From: Antedon mediterranea
Lineage: Eukaryota; Animalia; Echinodermata
Length of the DNA stretch: 64,000 nt
NCBI RefSeq assembly: GCF_964355755.1
Contig: NC_092675.1
Location: 1,111,812 to 1,175,811, forward strand
Reading direction: 5' to 3'
In this document: positions 42,201 through 57,200 of the stretch, piece after piece
Position numbering within the stretch: position 1 is the stretch's first letter
Layout of the letters: every line of letters begins with the position of its first letter
Notes under the pieces: generated by a model
The model's database searches: none
Seen by the model: the letters and a program-made list of their open reading frames with translations, nothing else
Told to the model about the DNA's origin: nothing
Program-made: the position numbers and the translations under genes

Positions 42201-45200
42201 CCTGAGACCGTCCACGAGAGGTCGATCGCCGCGAGCTACTTAGGTAGTGCATTGTTTCTCACTTTTTATCATAATTTACCATAAAACGTACATTTAAGAC
42301 AAGGAATGACATGGTTTAATGTTTTTAAAGTGATATATATGTATTATTTTCCAAAAAACGTCCAAAATTGCAGGGAAGGGGTCTTTAACTGTACAATATT
42401 TTGTTCAATGTGCTCATCAGTAACAGTGTACAGTTCTGTATAGCTTCATTTAAAAGATCAGATTTTATCTTATGCGGTTTTCTTTGTCATGAGTTAATCT
42501 CATTGTTGATTATTTCTTGGTAGTTTTTGTATTAGTAAATGTATTGTGTTTGTCGCCATTTATCACCTATTTCATATTAGTCATAACTATAAAAGCTAAT
42601 TGCTAACTAAACTCTTGACAGGTCTATATTTATTGTGAAGGTAATATCTATCTTGCCAAATATTGATAATATACATAAGGGGCTACTTGGTTGATCTCCT
42701 AATTACACCCTGGGAGATAGTATCTATTATTTGTATCTACATACTATGTATACCATACTGAACCTATCTCATTCTAAACCATAGAGGGACCGTTAATCAC
42801 ACCTTTTGTTTTTAAGCCACCTTGTAAATCCCCCAATGTGTTTAGAACAGAGATTATCCTTTTAATGAAACATATTTTTTAGACAAATTTCTTTGGAAAG
42901 GCCAAACAAAGGTTTGGCATTTTTCGGCCATCCTTTACATGTACTGTAAATAACACATTCAGGTTGCAGAAAGGTCGAAGATACCCCTCCTGTGAACGAC
43001 AGACTTGTGTTTTCTATTTGAATAGGAAGATTTAACTTGATAGAGTATTAAAACTATTGCAGCTAGAATTCCACACCCAATGTGTGACTTTAACTGCCTC
43101 TTGTCTATTCATTTCCTTGTTGTACACATAATAGTTGAACTTGACATCATTTTCACTTTCTACATAATCACCCACCATACTATGTTCTGTACCATATCCT
43201 TATATGGCATTGTCAATGTAATACAGTAATAGACAAGGTAATTTACTAGTAACAGAATACATCCTGTTTGATGTTAGGGTCAGTAAATACAGTACAACCA
43301 AAACAGCAAATGCCCTATAGTAATTTATAAATTACATTAACATATTGAATCCCTATTCAGTAAAAACTATTATAACCACGGAGGTATACCTCCATGTTAT
43401 AATAACATATACCTACTGTATGTTTCCTTATCAGTTAATTGGTTTAATTTGCATAATTTTTGCATTTTCTCTCAGTTTAAGGATTCGGGGTCTATCTAAT
43501 TCTAAGCCTGCTATCGGCTTTTTGTAAATATTTTGGAAATTGTTTGTGATGTGCTAGACCAGTGAATGATGCATGAAGTGATGTATAAAATCTATTTTAT
43601 ACACCCATGAATATATTATCTACAGGAAATGTTTTTCTGATATTCAGTGTTTCAAATATAACCATCCAGCTATCATTTTCTAATCTAATTAAAACTTTAA
43701 AGAAAACCATGCTTTTATTAAATATAGTATTAAAATACTTTAAAAAAACCTTCATCAGACGGAAATTCAGATTAAAAATTAAAAGTAAAACAAGGGCAAA
43801 ATAGAACAATTCCTAAGAATTGAGAACTGCTAAGATTTTAGGACCCTGTATTAAAACCAGTGAATTTTCTGCTGAATTTTAATGGAAAAAACAGACATTT
43901 TTTTTCAAATAGCAAACAGGTAAATTACTCATGCTTCAAACATTTCATAAAACATCTAAATCACTATCCCTAGTACTGTGGTCATTGATCTGGTTCCTGT
44001 CTGTGTTCAGTATAGGGAAACATATGCCATTATGATTTTAAACCACTTTTATAATGGTTGTTTGTGCATTTTGGGGGATTTTCTTTGAATTTGAGTTATG
44101 GTATTTAATACCTGGATTAACTTTAGGATATATTGACCAGGATGATGAAAAAGATTACTAAATAAAATCATTTAATTATTATGGTTTTATCATCATAATA
44201 GAAGAATTATACTTTTTTTAACTTTTGAGATTAAGAAATGAATCATTTTGTTTCAACCACAAATACACTAGTCTTGTTTTGTTTCTCATCTTGTAGGTTT
44301 TATGTCCCGTTTTCATTGTCACAAGTGTCATCATAGAGGAAGAGGATCTCCACCCTCTGCTTTTGAAATGTTTTTTTTTAATCATTATTATTTTATTTTT
44401 TGTACGAATTTACTGTTTGTATACAAAATGGTGAACAGCTATTATTGGTCAACAAATGGTCAACAGCTATTATTGGTCAACAAATGGTCAACAGCTATTA
44501 TTGGTCAACAAATGGTCAACAGCTATTATTGGTCAACAAATGGTCAACAGCTATTATTGGTCAACAAATGGTCAACAGCTATTATTTATCTGAAAGCAAA
44601 TTTATATAGAGAAAAAAAACCATGTATTTAGAAACATATTACACAAAGTTCAAGGAATTGTAAAAATTAGCTCTTTATTTTACCATGTTTAGGCGTGGCC
44701 CTGCCCCGCCCCTCTTCCTAAGATCCTAGATCTCTCCAACTGATTCTGTTTTGATTGAACACTACACAAATTGTTGTATGTATAAAAAATGTTAAATGAA
44801 ATGTGAGGAAACAGTATTATATTTTCTAATTAATGAAACCACTGTTAATAAAGCAGATTGAATTTCAAAACCAACAACAATCCAGTAACTCTATTAATTT
44901 TTAGTTTTAAATTGTATTGATCATCATAAATGTTAATGGCAGCAGAATGGCTAAAAAATTGGTTTTTGTATAAAGTCACTGAGGTGTGAAGATTTTGCAA
45001 ATTGTTGAATTCTTCATCCATTAGTTCCAGGTGGAGACCTTTGTATAATAAATCTTTGTAAAGATTTTAAGGTGGATTCAATTCAGTTTGTCCTTGTATC
45101 TTTACAGCTTACAATTAGTGGGCCATACAGACAATCCTGTATTGTAAAGCTAGAATATTTAATTGGCATTTCAACAACACCTGAATTTACTTATGAATTG

Positions 45201-48200
45201 AATATACAATTTTCAGTGATCTCCACCACACAAATATCTGTATTATATACACACATAAAGTGTACCATTTTGATTACATTTGCTGAAATGAACGCGTGAC
45301 TGTTACGCCTATTCCTTGTTGTTCACATTCAATCTTTTAACTCATGTTCTCCCCCAATCAACGCATAAACATTTATCATACTGCTACTCAGAGAAACTAA
45401 AATGATGAACCTAACTTGTAAAATGGATAAGCAATATGTCTCCCTAAGGCTCTGTCTACACTATCAAACTAGTTTGACAAAAAAGTGTGATATGCCCAAA
45501 TATGGTAGTGATATCACATCATCATGTCCATATACTGTATGGGCACATCACATTTTGTTGTCACATAAAGTTTGATAGTGTAGACAGAGCTTAAGAGATG
45601 ATGATGGTAATATTGTATGCTTGGGTGTGTTGCCCATTAGTGTAGGGTGTGCAACACTTTGTTTAGGAATTATCGCTGTTGGCACATTTTTTCCTCTGTA
45701 AAATCTTTTAAAAAAACCATAATTATACATCATTGAATTGAAGAAGCACTGAGGATGTAAAAACAGGTCCTTATGTCTGATAATTTATTTAAAACTATTA
45801 TGTTTCAAGATATTTAATCATACCTGGGCCATAATATAATCATAACATCGCATTCAACCTCTCTATAGGTAACCCCTGGAGGCAAAGCAGCCAAACAAAA
45901 TCTGTACCCAAATGATATTGTGACCTCTATTGATGGTGAGGATACCAGCTCTATGACCCATCTTGAAGCGCAAAACAAAATTAAGCTAGCCACTGGAGAT
46001 CTTGCTTTAAACATTCAAAGGTAAGTACAGTATAGCTTTTTATGTTCCTACTAAAAGGACTATTACACTAAAAATAATAATATTCAACTTTATTTGGTAA
46101 TGTTTACTTTAAAGAGTATAGTTTAAGATAGGAGCTTAAATTAAGCCCTTATTGGTGCTAAAGAACCTTTTAAGATAGGAGCTTTATTATATATATTATA
46201 AATTAAGCCCTTTTATTGGTGCTAAAGAACCTTTTTTATAGTGTTGAAAGATATAAAACCATGGAGAGAAAAAAATGGATAAACAAACATTTGAAACCTA
46301 AAATTATCCCTTAATTGCAATATCTACATTATTTCAAGAATAAATTGTAATAATTAATTTAGTATGTTTGTTTTTTTTGGCAATTATTTCTCTTACGGTA
46401 CTTACATCTTCTACACCATGTATTTCATGTTGGATTATGAATTATAGTATTTCTTGATTGGAATTCTATGTTAATTAGAGGGTCTGTGATTATTTGTAAA
46501 CTTCTGTTTATTTGTAGAACTGGTGAGGCAAGAATTTGGAAGCCGACTACTACAAGGATTGAACCCCAAGCACCAAACGAAGGTCCGGCTTTTAAAGTGT
46601 CTCTTGCAGCTAACAAACAACCAGTAAGTTGATTTTTATTAGATAGTAAATATATAGGTCAGATTATAATGTACTACATGTATCATTAAAAAATTAGTGG
46701 CTACTAAAATTATCAGTTATACATTTTAATAAAACGATTTGCAGTATTATGCTGTTACTGCAGACAATTTGATCAAACTTTTGGAAGGTTTGCATAGGAA
46801 AATGAATATGTTGATATAAAGTCTATTTCGTTCCTGCTTACCTGGATAAACTGAAAATATAGCCCTCTCTTTCCGAAGAGAGGATACAATTAGGAATTAC
46901 GTATACAGTAGTTCTGAAAAGAACTGTTGAATTTCTCAACATTTCGATCAATATACTTTGATCGTTCTCAAGAGTGAGAATTCTCCATATTGCTACTAAC
47001 ATGAGTACTATTAAGCCCACCCCAAATTTGGTAGTGTGTGTTTGCATGCACTTAGTGTTTGAACTTGTGAATATGGCTTAAAATAATAACTATCTATTAT
47101 CCCCTAGTATAAGCCCACTAGCCCCATCCCAAACTTGCTTTTGAAGGGGAAGATAGTACCCACATACCTACCTACTATAATTATTATTTCTAAAAAGGTA
47201 AACGTTGTTTGAAAGCAGTATCAGTCAGGCTTAATGTGATCTATTCTACATTGAGAAATTAACATGTAATATGTCCATGCTCAATCAACCATATGCAAAA
47301 TACTGACAGTAGAATTAAATGAGATTTGTTTATATTTAGTATACTCTGCAGTTAAACTAATTGAAATGGATTTAGTTACTGTATGCCATATGAATATACA
47401 TCCATTAATATCGAGTGCATTACATTCATTGTATTAAAATATACCATGATATTATGATTAGACTTTTTTCGTTTGCTGCCAATCATTATTTTCCAATTTT
47501 TTGATAAAAATTAGGACTCAATTTCTGTTAGGAATATGTGTTCTGAACCACCTAGACAATCAGCAGGCCTACATTTTTCCTGGTAGGCTACAGAGTTTCA
47601 GAAGCATTTTTGTAACTAGCCAGTACGAGTGAAAAAAGAAAGAAATTAAGAAACTAAGTTTTTAAACTCCAAATTTATAATCAATAAACTGTTTTAAGCA
47701 CATAGCTTTTTCTAGTAATGATAAAGTACCATTTGTTCTTAAGATTTTCAATGACACTCCAAATTGATCTCTGATAAAGACTATACACAATTGTTTATTT
47801 AACCTTCGATAATCAATGGAATTAAAAATGGTGTTCTTAGGGCGCGTTTATACAACACGCTATTACAGGCATTTCAACATGCCTACGAGAAGTGTGTTGT
47901 ATAACATCGAAGAGATTCCGTGTAATGAGATTTTAATTGCAAAATGGCTACTTGGCGGAAAATTAAAATTAAAATTTTGTGGATTCCCGGTTGCTGTTGG
48001 TGTGTTGGAAGTGTCCTCAGGGTATTGTTTTGACCTCTCGTTAAATAAAAGTATGTGCTGTGAAAATGTTGACCAAATCTAGTAGATAATTGTGCATTTT
48101 TGGATATTTTAACCGATTTAGCACTTACATTAACGCTAATCAAATGTTAGCATAATTTAGCAAAATGTGGCATAGTTTTATACTAATTCTAAAACATTTT

Positions 48201-51200
48201 TTTTTTCTAATTTCAAAAGCAGATTTAAAAAATCAATAACTGAATATACTAAATTTGTAACGAAATCATCCTTTATTAAAATCCTTAATAAACTCATATA
48301 ATTCATAATGCATTTGAGTATATACAACTTAGGATTATGAACTATGGTATAACACGGTATTACGATTTAATATATAACTCCAAGGTTTTTTTGCGGGGTT
48401 TACCTCGGCCTGTGCAACACGCTAACAATTAAAGACGTGTTCAAATTTAGGGTGTTGTATAAACACAGCCTTAGTCAGTAATATAATTCGGTATAATTCT
48501 GAATCAATTTCATAAAATTCAGTTAGGCCTATATTGATGTCTTACTGTTGAACGTATTTGAAATATGATCTAATAATTAATTTTTGTCATAATTCAATGA
48601 TATGCCCATGAGGTAGCTATCATATAATGATATGATATAGTTTGTTAATTAAATCATAGTAATGATTCAGATGTTGTAGGCCTAATATTAAATTGGATTA
48701 CAGGAATTCGTAGCATATAAATAGGGGTGTAAATTTGTACTTTTTAAGAGTATACTTCTGTAACCTTGCCTGGTTCCTTGCTGTGGATTCTAAAGCTACC
48801 ATAAATGCTCGGTCTGTGTTTATGGCCATTTGCAGACTACAGTATATGCTGGAAAGAATGTAAACCTAGACACTACATCACAGTGTGTGTTCTATGTCCA
48901 CTGTGAGGCGGACAACTTGTACCAAGTTCAAGTGTAATTTTTCCTCACCTTGATACCCTCTATTACCCAGCAGGATTCATGTTCTTAGAGCTTTCCAGGG
49001 CCTGGCAGCTGATATAATTCAATTTACTGTTTCCATAGCAATATGTGGTCTTGCATATTGTTTTATTGATTTTTGTTTTACTTAGTGCCCAGGATTAAGG
49101 ATAAAGTTCAAAGTATATCTATCGTATTATGTTAATAATTCAGAAGGAATAGCTCATGTACTAACTGCCCTTTATAGTTAATAGTATATGCTGGCGGTTG
49201 ATGGGGTCTTCTTAACAATATTGAAAGAAAAGAAAATACACAAACGACTGTATTGGAGGAAAAATGTTATAATAACAACGCATCTTTTAATAATAAAGAA
49301 TTTTCTTCAAAATTGATTATGCCACCTGTCAGTTATACTATTGTACACATTTTATAGAGTAAAATATTTTCAATTTTTCAATGATAGATTAATCGTAACA
49401 GGTTAAAATGATGTATAGTTGTGTGTTTTGTCATCTTAAGCCTAGTTAAATCCTTAAGTACACTACATGCAGACACACAGCCATTGATTGTCTAAAGATT
49501 GATTATTGAAGATAATAATATGACAATCGCTGACTTGTTTGTGATACTTTTTTGCTGACTTTTCTTCCGTGCAGCAAATAAAATGAAAAAGTTGTAGTGA
49601 TACTATAGTAATTTCATGGAAACTAAACTTAAAATTATTGTTAGTTTCCTTTCTACTAGAAAAAGCAAGCCTAGCCAGAATTTTTATAGGAACGTTCTTT
49701 CTTCTAACGGCAAAAAATAGTCATTACCAACACTAGACCTATCACCTAGTTGGAAAAAGTAATTTGTATGAACCCTCAAACTCCCGAACCCCTTGGCTCA
49801 GGCTTGGAAAGATTATTTCAATATAATCTATTTTTAATCATTTTCTGTAGTCACCGCAAAACATAGGTAGTAAACATAACTCAACAGCAAGACCATTCGG
49901 AGGAGGAGGGGGAGGTGGTGGAGGTGGTGTTGACAGTGGCATAGGTGGAGGGATTTCACCAGGTAAAGCAACAGTTGTCCACAAACAATTTAACTCTCCA
50001 GCAGGCCTGTATTCTGCCTCCAACATTGCTGAGACTTTCAAAGGTCAGACTGAAGGTCTTATTGCAGGGCATTTGCTTGAAGGGTAAGATTTAAATTGTT
50101 TTTAAATTAAAGTACCGTATCCTCGGGTATAATCCCACTTCAGGTTTAATCTCACCTCCTATTTTATGATTTCACAAACAGGCATATCCCCTAGTATAGT
50201 CCCAGTATTGACTTTTGGTCTGGATATAGGCCTCTCTCTATCGAGTTCAGATGAGATTTTATTAACAATCATTTTTTTACTGAACCAGGGTTTCTCCAGG
50301 TATAGTCCCATCCCCAAAGTCAGCTCAATTTAGTGTTCTAGGTGGGTGGGATTTACAGGATATAAAAAAAGCAGAAATGGTGTTTCACCATGAATATAAT
50401 ATTGATTGATTGACTATCAGAATGTATGTACAGTTTATAGGAATACTAGATATATAGGGATTATTTCACAATGCTCTCGTATGGAGTTACGAGTGATTTT
50501 ACGAAATAGAATGGTAGGCTAACGATGACTGCTTGATGATGTTCACTGACGTGTTATCATGATGTTTTGTTACCCGACAACAAAACATTTTACGTTATTA
50601 ATAAATGTTAGTTGTTAATCAATTTTTATGACTAAATAAGAACAATGTATGCGCAATGCAATGTTGTGGGTTGAAATTGTTGAACAGTATGTTTGTGATT
50701 GCCTAATATCTAGAGAACCTTAACCCCACCTATGCTCAGCTGATGTGAGTGTAAACACGTATACCTCAAACCATTACCAGAATAGAATACAAAGTATGCA
50801 TTGATCTCATTGTTAACATGAATATTCTTTACATTAAACAAATAGCAATTGATGCTTACATATTGTTTGATCAGTTTAGCTAACTGCACATTTTTAGTGA
50901 TTAATGGGTTTAACAATTGATTGCAACTAGCCACTTCACAAACCTTATTTCATGTTGGCGGATATGATTTGAAAAACAAAAATGTATTACAGTCAACTCT
51001 TCACCAAACCATCGGGCTGACCTCTAAGTTTAACTTGAGTCAGATTCAGTTTCTGCTTCTCGGATGTGGATAGACCATTTACTACTTACTATAATTGTTG
51101 TTTTCGCCTTTTTACCGAATATAAATTTTATCTTTTATGAGACTAAATAGATCTGATTTTGTAATAAACAGCTTTTGTTATTACTACATAATATAGATTT

Positions 51201-54200
51201 TGTTATAATATAATTGTACAAATAAAGAATGTTTATGAGTGTAATGGTATAAATAATAGCATGGTGGTGAAATATATAAGATTTTTTTTCATACACAAAA
51301 AACTATTGAACGACCATTCAACAGTGCATACTATTGCATGCCATGTGACCCACAATCATCCAATCAAATGGCAGGAATTTATTTAGGTGTTATATTATAC
51401 TGTTTATACAAAACTAAATGCCAATTTTGTAATACCCAGGCAAGAAGATGAACCACAAACTGTGAGCAATCCTGGTGCACAATCAAGATCATTCAAGATG
51501 TTACAGCAACATGTTGGAGAAGAGGATGAACCTGATGCAGGTATAGCATTTAGTGCCTAGCTTTACCTTGATAACTCAATTGCCTTCTGAGGTGAAAACA
51601 TAAACTCAAAAAAACTTTGAACACCCTCTAAGAAAACCCAAAACCACCACCCTGATGTGGGTGACTTTGCCAATACCACCTTAATTGTCTTTTTGTGGTG
51701 CCATCCAAATATGGTAGTGATGAGACATTATTTTGTTCATATATGAGCACATCACATAAAGTTTGATAGTGTAGACAGAGCTTTACACCACTTTATCAAA
51801 AACATCCTTTCCTTATATTACTGTACAATGACAAAATCATGTTCATCACCATTGCTGAATTTAATTAATGATTTAATATCAATATTCTTTTTCATCTAGA
51901 TCTTCAATCATCCTCATAAGCATTGCCTGGGTATTGGCATTGTTAATGTAAAGCTCTGTCTATACTATCAAAGTAGTTTGACAAAAAAATGTGATGGGCC
52001 CATATGGACATGATGATGTCATATCACCACATCACATTTGTCAAACTAGTTTGATAGTGTAGACAAGACTTTATATCATTCATTGTCAAAACCAACACCA
52101 ACAACATAGTCAACATACAATAGTGTACTATCATTCCAATCTACTCACTGTATCACTAATCCCATATAGATTAGTATGTATTTATCTAAATATCACTGCG
52201 TCTGCAGGTTATAGACCACATACTATGAACTCCAGTTCAGCGATTGGGAAAAACAAGGACGAAAGGCTATCATATCCTTGCTACTTCAAGAGTGTCCAGG
52301 CCCCAGTTGGTAAAACATTACTAACCTTTTTTTTTATTTTCGCCAAATCTGCCTTTTCAAGCTTCTTCGATCAAATTGTTAAGTTTTTATTGGTCTATTC
52401 GTATTGGTAATTGGTTTTCGTTTTAATAAATTGTTTTTCTGTTATTTTACATAAATTGTCACTATTCTGCTGTTTTCTTTTTTGCATGTGATGTCCATCC
52501 AAGTTCCATTAATACATTCAACTAGCTTCTTCAAAATTTATTTTTTTATAATTTGTACATTTTGCTATTCATTTACTTCTTATACTGCTCAAAGAATGCA
52601 AATTATTTGTTTGGTTACCATGGTTGCCTGCTCTGTATGGAACCAATAGTATCTGGAGTGCCATTCATTTTTTTAATTTACTATATTATTATTTTTTAAA
52701 TACTAATTGAATTGCTTTATTATAAACCAATTCCCAAATTGAATGCCTAGCCAGCCTCTATGGAAGAAATAGTACCTTAAAGTCTTTCATTTTTAAAAAC
52801 TAATAACTAGGAGAGCACTATTATTTCATATTGCTGATTCAATACCAATGTAATTGGTCCATTTTCAACAGTATAATAGGCACACCATACCTTGAGTTTG
52901 TCAGGCCTTCGCTGGTGTACACCTGCGCTTTTGCTTTATTTAATTGTTTACTTTTTTTAAATTTTTTTAAGCATCCATTTTTCCAAGAGTTGATTCATTT
53001 AACGCTTTGTTAATTTGTTTTGCTTTGGAAATGTAATGTATGATATTATGTGGTTGTTATACAGTAGGCGCTGGGAACCTTGTCTCCATTTTAAACATCA
53101 CTATGCCATGGTCATTTCTCTACTACAGTAACTTTTTATAAATAATGTATGCATTCACTTTCAGGGCATCAAGAAGGTATGTCAAATGGGGCCAAGCCAA
53201 CTGGAATGAAGAGTGTACAAGCTCCCAAAACAAGTCCAAATGCTGGATCAAAACCAGCATCAACAGGACAACTACCAATCTGTGTTCGCTGCCAAATAGG
53301 AATAGTGTAAGTATTCTGGAGTAACAGAAAATAATGTGGGAATAACGGATAATAATTGTGGAGTAGTTTTGCGTCAGGGTGTTGAGTAATTGGTCAGATG
53401 TTTGCCCTACTTGTAAGCACTGATCAAATGTTATCTTGGTTGCCCTTTTATCTTATCTTCTTAAATAAATGTAATTTAAGTAAAATAAATTCTTGCAATC
53501 CGAAAAATATAGTAGTTTTATCTGCTTTGTAAATCATGTTATATGTTACCCAGTTATTTTATATTCAGAAATGTATTATGTATATGTATGGTATTGGTAA
53601 TGGTTTTAAATATGATGACATGGGGATATGGCATGTATTATGTATATGTATGGTATTGGTAGTGGTTTTAAATATGATGACATGGGGATATTATATGGCA
53701 CACTTCCCTTAAACTAAATTTGAAGTTTGTGCCTAAAGTGTAAAAACCAAAATTATGATGGTTATCAGCTATTGATAGCCTGAAAAATAAAAATGTGTAG
53801 AAAGTTCAGGGTGGCCCTATACAAATCAAACCATCATTTTATTTTATTGGCTTTAGTGGACCATTTGTGAACCTTAAAGGAAAATCATTGCATCCTGATT
53901 GTTTTGTTTGTGAGGCTTGCAACTGCAGTTTGAGAAACAAAGGTATGTAGGCAACCATAATACACTCACTAGATGTGTATCCACTAATTCTTAATTAAAT
54001 CCTCTAAAGCTACACGGAATATCGCCTTCCATAATCAACTGTGACAATTATATATATTCTTTCCTTTTGTATACCAATAGCTCAACATCCTATCCTAGGA
54101 GTTTAAAGCATCTTCCTAAATACATTATAAAATCCTATTTTAGTGTGATTTTCCGTTTTGTATTGTTTGTTGTATATATGGAATTTTTATTTGAAAATAA

Positions 54201-57200
54201 AGTGATCAATCAATCAATACTCCTTTTAATGATTATTTCTTGCTTTTTCTAGATTTAAAATAAATGCTAATAATGATACAATAATATTTCTATTTGATAG
54301 GATATTTTACAGTTGCTGGAAAAATGTATTGTGAAAAAGATGCCAGAGCTAAGCAAATAGAGCAGCAACAGCAGCCACCCCAGCAATCACCAGCGCCTGC
54401 TGCACCAAGGTAATTGCTCACATACACATTTGTTTATATAATATTAGCAGAGATACTGGCTGGTTTCAAATGTAGTCTAAAGCTCTGTCTACACTATCAA
54501 ACTTTATGTGACAAAAAGTGTGATGTGCCTATATATATAATGTCATATCACTACCATATTTGGGAACATAACACTTTTTTTGTCAGACTGTTTGATAGTG
54601 TAGACAGAGCTTAAAACGTTCCCCGTACAATGTATGTGTATGGATACGTGCAGTAGCAACAACATGAGAAAACATTCTCTCCCATTTAATGTATGTGTAT
54701 GGATACGTGCAGTAGCAACAACATGAGCAAACATTCTCTCCTATTTAATGTATGTGTATGGATACGTGCAGTAGCAACAACATGAGCAAACATTCTCTCC
54801 CATTTAATGTAAGTGTATGGATACGTGCAGTAGCAACAACATGAGCAAACATTCTCTCCCATTTAATGTAAGTGTATGGATACGTGCAGTAGCAACAACA
54901 TGAGCAAACATTCTCTCCCATTTAATGTAAGTGTATGGATACGTGCAGTAGCAACAACATGAGCAAACATTCTCTCCCATTTAATGTAAGTGTATGGATA
55001 CGTGCAGTAGCAAACATTCTCTCCCATTTATAGATCCTGATTTTTAACAACTTTGTATGGTTATTTTTGTATTCTAAGTTATTAAATCTTTTCCTTTTTG
55101 TCTTGTATTTTGAGATTATTATATTTCCTATGGGAAATCACAGATACACCTAATAAATGATAGAATTCAAAGAAATAATATTGAATAATATCAAATATAA
55201 CATCAAACATCATATTTATACTTGGATAGTAAATCTGTATTTTATTTATTTATATGTACTGGATGTCTAAGGATGGATAAGATAAGATTTTAATTGTTTT
55301 TGCTTATCCTTGCCTCCTTAGATTTCTGCCTGTCTTGTTTTTGTTACTATGTTTAAATGTATTTCGATTTCGAAGGCTAAATAAAGAATGAATGAATGAA
55401 TAGAAAACTTAAAAACTTTATTAGTTTCCAGTTTAGAAAAGTTGTCTGTATTTAATTTGAAAACACAACGGTGTGAAACTTCATAGTTGAATTGTTTTTA
55501 CTTGAAACTTAATAAGAATGTAATACTGGTTACACTGTATGTAGTATATTGTTAGCTGTGCAGGTTGAGCAGGTATGTGTGATTTGACAAGACAGCTTTG
55601 AGATGCGTTGGAATTCAAAACAACAGATGAAAGGTCATAGGTCATAGTATTATCAAATGTCATAGTTCATTTTCTGTATAGTAATTCACTTTGGAATATG
55701 ACATATTATAATTCCTATTTAATTGTATACATTACATATTTTACTATATAGGTAATTAGTAACAAATATCAAATTTGAGGTTTAGTTCTGAGATGCAATT
55801 AATGAATAAAACAACTTGTTTCAAAAGTACAAAATATTTACCCCAAACAATTAATTGAAATAACAATAAAAGAGTATGTAAGAACCCCAACATAAAATTA
55901 ATACACACACCAGGGAGTGTAATGAAATACAATACTTAATTTTCGTATAACGCTTATAAATGATGTTTAAGTAAGCTTGTTGGAGAAGTGATGAATGACA
56001 TTTTGACATAATTATATTTATTCCATCATGTTATACAAACAAATGGATCTCATCCTCTTATACATACAAATGGTTACATTTAGTTTGTGGATACCAAAGG
56101 ACTAAAGCTCTGTCTATACTGTCAAAAAAATGTGACTGTATATAGACATGGTGATGTCATTTCACTACCATATTTGGGTATATCACCACCATATTTGGGC
56201 ACATGACACTTTTTGTCAAACTAGTTTGATAGTGTAGAAAGAGCTAGATTATTACTTTTGAGGGTGTGCTTGTATATACTGAAGGTGAGCTTGTGACAGT
56301 ATTATATTAAGGAAATGGTTTATTAAAAATAACTATCGTGAAAGGAAAGGTTAAATTGAAATTGAGGTCTTCACAAACAGTTAGATGTCATAGAGTGCAC
56401 AGGCAGTGACAGGCATCAAATGCCATCTTCACACTACAGCACAAGTATTACGTTACACACATTTCTGAAATATAAAATTTAGTTTGACTAGTCATAAGTA
56501 TATGCAATACAACTATTATAAAAAAAAACATAGTCAAATAGCATTTTAGTATACAGAAATAGTGTTAATATTTATATATTAAAATTACATTTTTACCAAA
56601 ATTATAACTTTGCTATTTTTTCAAATCCTAATATCTCTCTTTTTTTGAAATTTACTTTTTGTGCCCAATATGTTTTCAGGTGTACCGTGCATTGCAATGG
56701 CAGCATTTTAAAAGCAACAGCCAACTGCAAAGCGTTTTTTTTTCTCAAGACATGTTTTAGGTGCTCATACAAGGTTTTTTAATGTGAAATAATTCAATAT
56801 TTTTATCTAAACAGGTCATCAGTACTTTAGTAGTTTAATTTTTTGAGTAATGCATTGTTTTCTTTTTAGTGTTACTAACGGACAAAGTTCAATGAAGATA
56901 AATTTAAGCTCGGCAGCAAAACCAGCAGCCCAACCCTACTCACCACAACAGGCCTACCAACAAAAGCCAGCAGCCCAAACCTACTCACCTCAACCAGCAG
57001 TCCAACCCTACTCACCTCAACAGGCCTACCAACAGAAGCCTCCGAGGTAAGTTAAAAAGGATTGATAACTGCCCTGCCTACTGGGAAAGATACCCGTCCC
57101 AGGGTAGGTCTCAAATGTAGTTTAAAACATTTACAGTGTAATTCCCTTCATTGTATGGATGTGTGTTATTGCATGGAGTAAAGAATAAGAGGAGACACAA

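Noticed and set aside
43563-43648. C/D box snoRNA candidate with a TGAAT/ATTCA terminal stem
   Set aside because: C box is non-canonical (ATGATGC), no rRNA-complementary guide was recognised, and this is expected by chance in AT-rich DNA.
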